Shown here: in pieces, positions 59,243-64,000 of the stretch
How positions within the stretch are numbered: the stretch's first letter is position 1
Layout: each line of letters begins with the position of its first letter
Source: Gemmatales bacterium
GTDB taxonomy: Bacteria > Planctomycetota > Planctomycetia > Gemmatales > HRBIN36
NCBI GenBank assembly: GCA_041640595.1
Contig: JBEPZY010000001.1
Span: forward strand, 1-64,000
Length of the DNA stretch: 64,000 nt
Direction: 5' to 3'
Notes under the pieces: generated by a model
The model's database searches: none
What the model saw: only the letters and a program-made list of their open reading frames with translations
Told to the model about the DNA's origin: nothing
Made by a program: the position numbers and the translations under genes

Positions 59243-60886
59243 TCAAATCGCGTGCAATAACCGTTGCCGTGCTTCAGCTTGCATCGTCTCGGCGTATTCG
59301 TGCGACCAGCCCAATTCACCCGCCATAAGCCGAACCACTTCCGGCAATGCTTGCAAGGCCGCTGCCGTATCCAGAAAGGCCAGGCGAATCCGCCGTGCCA
59401 GGAAATCCAGGGGCATGCGTGCCATTTCGTAGCGGGTCGCATGAATGACTTCCGCTCGCAAATAGGGCCAACCTTCCAGCAAGTGGCCGGGATAATCGCG
59501 ACACAAAGCCAGCACGCTACCTAGCTGGCTGCCATATTGCACCAGATGCGGCGCATGGGCGATCGTCTCGGCCAGCGATAAATCCTGGTGTTTGTGGACT
59601 GGCGGATGGGTCGGTTGATCACTGAACGAAGCGGCGTAGCCCAACGCGGGCGGTGCATAGAACGGTGGCTTCCATCGCCGCGTACGCCGCTTTGGCCAAC
59701 CGCGACTTTCCAACCAATCCATAAGTTCCTCGGACATGACGCGAAACGTCGTCCATTTGCCGCCCACCAGTGTCACCAGCCCACGCAATTCTTCGATACG
59801 GTGCTCACGAATCAGCTCGGCAGTGCTCTCCCCTTGGTGACGCAACAATGGCCGAATTCCCGACCAGCGTGCGGTAATGGTCATCGTCTCCACGCTGGGC
59901 AGGTAGGGCCGAACTTGCCGCAACAAGTATTCCACCTCGGCATCGCTGACAGCAGGATAATCCGCAGGCGGCACCGCAACATCAGTCGTGCCCAGCAGCC
60001 AGTGGCCGTACCACGGCAGCAAAAACACCACGCGGCCATCTTCGGTGTGGGGGATCAACAAGCCCCAGCGCCGCACCGGCAACGCTGCGGAGTTGTCAAC
60101 TTCCGCCCATACTCGGTTCGGTCGCAGTACCAGATGGGCGCCGGCACTGGTTTGCAGAATCGGCTCGGCATAAGGGTCGGCGAGTTGGCGAATGGCGTCC
60201 GCAAATGGCCCAGCGGCATTGACCACGAACCTGGCCGCCAGCGAGCGTGTTTCGCCGCTGAGGCGATCGCGAACCACGGCTCCGCAAACCCGGCCATGCC
60301 GTTGTTCCAGAGCAACGACTTCGACATGATTGACCGCCAACGCTCCCTCCGCCACTGCTGTGCGAATCAGTTCCCAGTTGAAACGGGCATCATCGAATTG
60401 ACCGTCTGGGAAAGCGACGCCTCCGGCCGATGCCTGCAAACCGGCAAACCACATTGCCAGCGCTTCGGCCGAAAGGTAACGCGGCCGGTGCAGGCGAGCC
60501 TTGCCCGCCAGCAAGTCGTACAGTTGCACGCCGGCAGAATAGTACCAGCGCTCTCGGGGATTGCGGCACGGCGTGATCAGCCACAGGGCATGGATGAGAT
60601 GCGGCGCCCATTGCAAAAGCCAGCGCCGTTCCTGCAAAGCCTCCGAAACCAGCCGCAGATGCCTTAGGTCGCCGCTGCGAAAAAACAACTCCAGATAGCG
60701 AATCCCGCCATGAATCAGCTTGGTCGAACGCGAGCTGGTTCCTTCGGAAAAATCGTAACGCTCTACGAGAGCCACCCGCCAACCGCGTCGCGCTGCCGAC
60801 AACGCTACCCCCGCTCCCGTCGCTCCACCTCCGATGACCAGCAGGTCAAACTCTCCTCGCAGGCGTTCCCAGAGTCGTTCGCGCAC
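59243..60886 (-). CDS. glpD: Glycerol-3-phosphate dehydrogenase
   Basis: GGGATG, GTSSRSTKLIHGGIRYL and GGKWTT.R. Confidence 0.93.
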   Translation of the reverse strand: MRERLWERLRGEFDLLVIGGGATGAGVALSAARRGWRVALVERYDFSEGTSSRSTKLIHGGIRYLELFFRSGDLRHLRLVSEALQERRWLLQWAPHLIHALWLITPCRNPRERWYYSAGVQLYDLLAGKARLHRPRYLSAEALAMWFAGLQASAGGVAFPDGQFDDARFNWELIRTAVAEGALAVNHVEVVALEQRHGRVCGAVVRDRLSGETRSLAARFVVNAAGPFADAIRQLADPYAEPILQTSAGAHLVLRPNRVWAEVDNSAALPVRRWGLLIPHTEDGRVVFLLPWYGHWLLGTTDVAVPPADYPAVSDAEVEYLLRQVRPYLPSVETMTITARWSGIRPLLRHQGESTAELIREHRIEELRGLVTLVGGKWTTFRVMSEELMDWLESRGWPKRRTRRWKPPFYAPPALGYAASFSDQPTHPPVHKHQDLSLAETIAHAPHLVQYGSQLGSVLALCRDYPGHLLEGWPYLRAEVIHATRYEMARMPLDFLARRIRLAFLDTAAALQALPEVVRLMAGELGWSHEYAETMQAEARQRLLHAI

Positions 60887-61080
60887 CGCATTGTCCCATT
60901 GACATTTCGAATTGGACTACCGATCCAGCTTCGTTCACAAGCCCGTGAGCGGAGCCGTCAGTTTCTGGTGGAACGAAAAGTCCCTTGTGGGCCGATTGCC
61001 CTGCACATTTTTCGGAATCGCTGAAGTGTGATCCACAGCGCAGGATAGGCCCGCAAACATCTTACGCCCAACCAGGTCGC

Positions 61081-62586
61081 TCAATCGCTCAGCCAGTGGC
61101 GGGTGCGTTGAACGGCTTTTTTCCACCAGTGTCGCAGTTGTTCTCGCTGAGCGTGAGCCAGCTGCGGTTGCCATTGTTTATCGGCTTGCCAGAGTTGACG
61201 CAACTCCGCTTCATCACGCCAGAAGCCGACCGCCAGGCCGGCAGCAAATGCCGCACCTAAAACGGTTGTTTCCGTCACTCGCGGTCGAATAATCGGCACG
61301 CCGAGGATGTCGGCCTGGAATTGCATGAGCAGTTCGTTTTGCACCATGCCGCCATCCACTTTCAAGCACCGCAAGTCCATGCCCGCATCGGCTGACATGG
61401 CCTCCAGAACGTCGGCCGTCTGAAAGGCAGTGGCTTCGAGCACTGCCCGGGCCAGATGGCCTTTGTTGGCGTAACGTGTTAAACCTATTATCAGTCCTCG
61501 AGCCGATGCATCCCAGTACGGAGCGAACAAACCGGAAAATGCTGGCACGAAATACACGCCGCCGTTGTCCTGGACACTACGGGCCAGCGCTTCGATTTCC
61601 GCCGAACTGCCGATCAGACCCAGATTATCGCGTAACCACTGCACCAGTGCTCCCGCTATGGCAATTGAACCTTCCAGGGCATAAACGGGCGGATTGTGAC
61701 CAAAACGGTAGGCCACGGTCGTCAGTAATCCCTGCCGCGACATCAACGGTTGCGTGCCGGTATTGAGTAACACGAAACAGCCGGTGCCATAAGTGTTCTT
61801 AGCTTCGCCCGGACCAAAGGCGGTTTGCCCGACCAGAGCCGCCTGCTGATCGCCTAAATCGCCGGCGATCGGCACGCCAGCCAGTTCACCGGTCGCCTGG
61901 GCATACACTTCACTGCTGCTGCGAACCTGCGGCAGCATGACTCGGGGAATGTCCAGCACCCGCAGAATTTCGTCATCCCACTCCAGCGTGTGCAGATTGA
62001 AAAGCAGGGTTCGGCTGGCGTTAGTCACATCGGTAACATGGCAACCGTGTTTCGGTCCACCGCTGAGCTGCCAGATCAACCAGGTGTCCATCGTGCCGAA
62101 CAGCAATTCGCCTTGTTCGGCGGCGTGACGGTACTGCGGCAGGGCATCGAGTAACCAGCGGATTTTCGGCCCGGAAAAGTAAGTGGCCAGGGGCAATCCG
62201 GTTTGCGAGCGGAACCTGTCCGGTCCGCCCGATTGGGCCAGTTCACGCACTAGAGCATCGGTACGGGTGTCCTGCCAGACGATGGCCGGAGCGATCGGTT
62301 TCCCGGTGCTTCGCAGCCACAGAACCGTCGTTTCTCGCTGGTTGGTGATACCGATGGCCGCAATGTCTCCGGCAGTTGCCTGGGCTTGCAGTAACGCTTG
62401 CCGAATCACCTCCTGCGTGTTCTGCCAGATTTCCAGCGGATCATGCTCAACCCAACCGGGACGGGGAAAAATTTGCCGATGTTCTCGCCGAGCCAGTGCC
62501 ACGATTTGCCCGGCATGATCCACCAGCGCACAACGCGTGCTGGTGGTACCCTGATCGAGAGCAGCGATGTAGCGTGGTGCGGTCAT
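61081..62586 (-). CDS. glpK: Glycerol kinase
   Basis: DQGTTS, TNQRET, TNASRT, GDQQAAL, KNTYGTG and PAFSGL.APYW. Confidence 0.97.
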   Translation of the reverse strand: MTAPRYIAALDQGTTSTRCALVDHAGQIVALARREHRQIFPRPGWVEHDPLEIWQNTQEVIRQALLQAQATAGDIAAIGITNQRETTVLWLRSTGKPIAPAIVWQDTRTDALVRELAQSGGPDRFRSQTGLPLATYFSGPKIRWLLDALPQYRHAAEQGELLFGTMDTWLIWQLSGGPKHGCHVTDVTNASRTLLFNLHTLEWDDEILRVLDIPRVMLPQVRSSSEVYAQATGELAGVPIAGDLGDQQAALVGQTAFGPGEAKNTYGTGCFVLLNTGTQPLMSRQGLLTTVAYRFGHNPPVYALEGSIAIAGALVQWLRDNLGLIGSSAEIEALARSVQDNGGVYFVPAFSGLFAPYWDASARGLIIGLTRYANKGHLARAVLEATAFQTADVLEAMSADAGMDLRCLKVDGGMVQNELLMQFQADILGVPIIRPRVTETTVLGAAFAAGLAVGFWRDEAELRQLWQADKQWQPQLAHAQREQLRHWWKKAVQRTRHWLSD

Positions 62587-64000
62587 TCTTTCAGAGCATA
62601 CAAAACTACTTGCGCGGCCAGGTCAAGGGCACTTTCATGCTTATAACCAACACAATCTCCGGCCGCATGTTTCTCCAGAGCGCAGCCGATATCGTAGGGG
62701 CTGTAGATGACGATCCAGCGACTGCGCGGGTCGTTGGGATTGAGACGGATGCCTTCCAGGCGTGGCTGCACGGGCACGTACGGTTTGCCTGGCTCCGTGC
62801 GACATAACAGCGTTTCAATCCGTTTGCCGATTTGCTCGCTGAAGAGTGGATCGTCCAGCGGAATCGGCTCGAGTTTGCGATCGGGAAACATTTTTTGCAT
62901 CATAGCTCGGAACGACTGATCGAAAGCTTTGCTGCCACAGCAGGCATCTGCCAGCAACAATCCGCCTGATTCGAGGTGCCGACGTAGATTGATGAGATGC
63001 GACGTCGGAATGTCGGCACCCGGTTCGTCACCGCTGGTGAATGCCCGACGTCCGTGCATATACAAGAACCGATAGGTAAACAGGTTCGGACTGCTCAGCG
63101 GAATCGGTCGGGTCTGGCGTATCACGTCCAGTTTGTATTCCTTGAGAAGATACGTGGTGAGATTGGTCATGGCTTTTGGTGCGGGCTGCCAGTCCCGGCC
63201 ATATTGAATCTGTGCCGCCTGGAAAACGTTGCGGAGAATCGGATCGGGTTGCTCGACCAGCACCTCGGGTGTGATTTCCTTCGGTGGGGGTAACTCCAGG
63301 CCAGTGGCGTAGGCGATAATGTTCGCGGCAGTGCGAAATGCCAGCTGGCCTTTGGGGCTATCCTGATCGTTGATGTTCAGGTAACAGCTCATGTCCTGGG
63401 GGGAGTAAATGAGATGCAATCGGCAGCCTTTACGCACTCCCTTCAGGCCGAATGAACCAGGCGGCACCTGGTAAAAGGCTGTCCAGACCGGGTCGCCTGG
63501 CCCCAGAGGTTCTAAAGTCGCATCATCCCCGAATATGTCGCGTATCAGTTGCGGCATGGCCTCGTCGAATTTCTTACTCCCACAACATGCCTCACAAAAG
63601 ATGAAGCCACCCTGTTCCACGAATTCTCGCAACAGCCGTTTTTCCCCGTCCGTGAATTGCGGATCGCGGTGGCCATTGAAGTAGGCGATCGGTGCCTGCA
63701 ATAGTGCGGCAACGGATTCTGGTCGGCCCGGATCGAGCCGGCTGCCGTCGAAAATCTGCCAGGTAACAGGCACAGGACGGCCGTCTTTTTTGAACAGATG
63801 CTGGCTGCAAAAGTCGGTCAGGTGCCGCAGGTCGTCCGGATCGTTGTTCCAATCGCCGACCAGGGAACGCCCCCAGCCTGGAATGACCGGCCCGTGCATG
63901 AGTTTGTGCACCAGCACCGGGGTTTTGCCTTTGGCCAGGAATAACAGAGCGAAGCTCGTCGCCAGCACCGGATCGCTGTCCAGTCCACCATCGCCTCCCC
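62583..64000 (-). CDS. Tandem DUF4159-domain protein (5' partial)
   Basis: Two repeats of GG(F/L)..(E/D)ACCGS..FD; frame open to the window edge; 4-bp overlap with the glpK start. Confidence 0.85.
   Translation of the reverse strand, partial: GGDGGLDSDPVLATSFALLFLAKGKTPVLVHKLMHGPVIPGWGRSLVGDWNNDPDDLRHLTDFCSQHLFKKDGRPVPVTWQIFDGSRLDPGRPESVAALLQAPIAYFNGHRDPQFTDGEKRLLREFVEQGGFIFCEACCGSKKFDEAMPQLIRDIFGDDATLEPLGPGDPVWTAFYQVPPGSFGLKGVRKGCRLHLIYSPQDMSCYLNINDQDSPKGQLAFRTAANIIAYATGLELPPPKEITPEVLVEQPDPILRNVFQAAQIQYGRDWQPAPKAMTNLTTYLLKEYKLDVIRQTRPIPLSSPNLFTYRFLYMHGRRAFTSGDEPGADIPTSHLINLRRHLESGGLLLADACCGSKAFDQSFRAMMQKMFPDRKLEPIPLDDPLFSEQIGKRIETLLCRTEPGKPYVPVQPRLEGIRLNPNDPRSRWIVIYSPYDIGCALEKHAAGDCVGYKHESALDLAAQVVLYALKE

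Noticed and set aside
59588..60667. 359-aa plus-strand ORF
   Set aside because: Antisense shadow of glpD.

Overview
Chromosomal window from a Planctomycetota bacterium, probably Gemmataceae-like. Evidence: 16S signatures AGGGTTTGATC and ACACCTACGGGTGGCAGCAG, an unlinked 16S gene, and planctomycete-type proteins. Most of the window is housekeeping or metabolic: a GntP permease, nrnA, a maltokinase, PiT, yebC, rluB, pyrK, thiE, fabH, a SAM-I riboswitch-controlled thrC-like/sulfur-carrier/MoeB operon, scpB, an IscA-family protein, a sulfatase, glycoside hydrolases, dnaG-rpoD and glpD-glpK. Four regions stand out. (1) A solitary 16S rRNA gene is interrupted after E. coli U793 by a 991-nt group I intron encoding a double-motif LAGLIDADG homing endonuclease. 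(2) A type III-Dv CRISPR effector operon (HD-less cas10, cas7-5-11, cas7-2x, csx19, cas7-insertion) carries a Card1/Can2-like CARF nuclease and has no cas1/2/6 in the window. It is followed by a decayed IS5 element and two different CRISPR-like mini-arrays. (3) A frameshifted HEPN-NACHT protein with 34-aa repeats (NLR/Avs-like) runs off the left edge. (4) A DUF3624-like/Tat-like/2x12-Cys protein is split by a single in-frame TAA. All calls come from manual motif recognition; no database searches were run.
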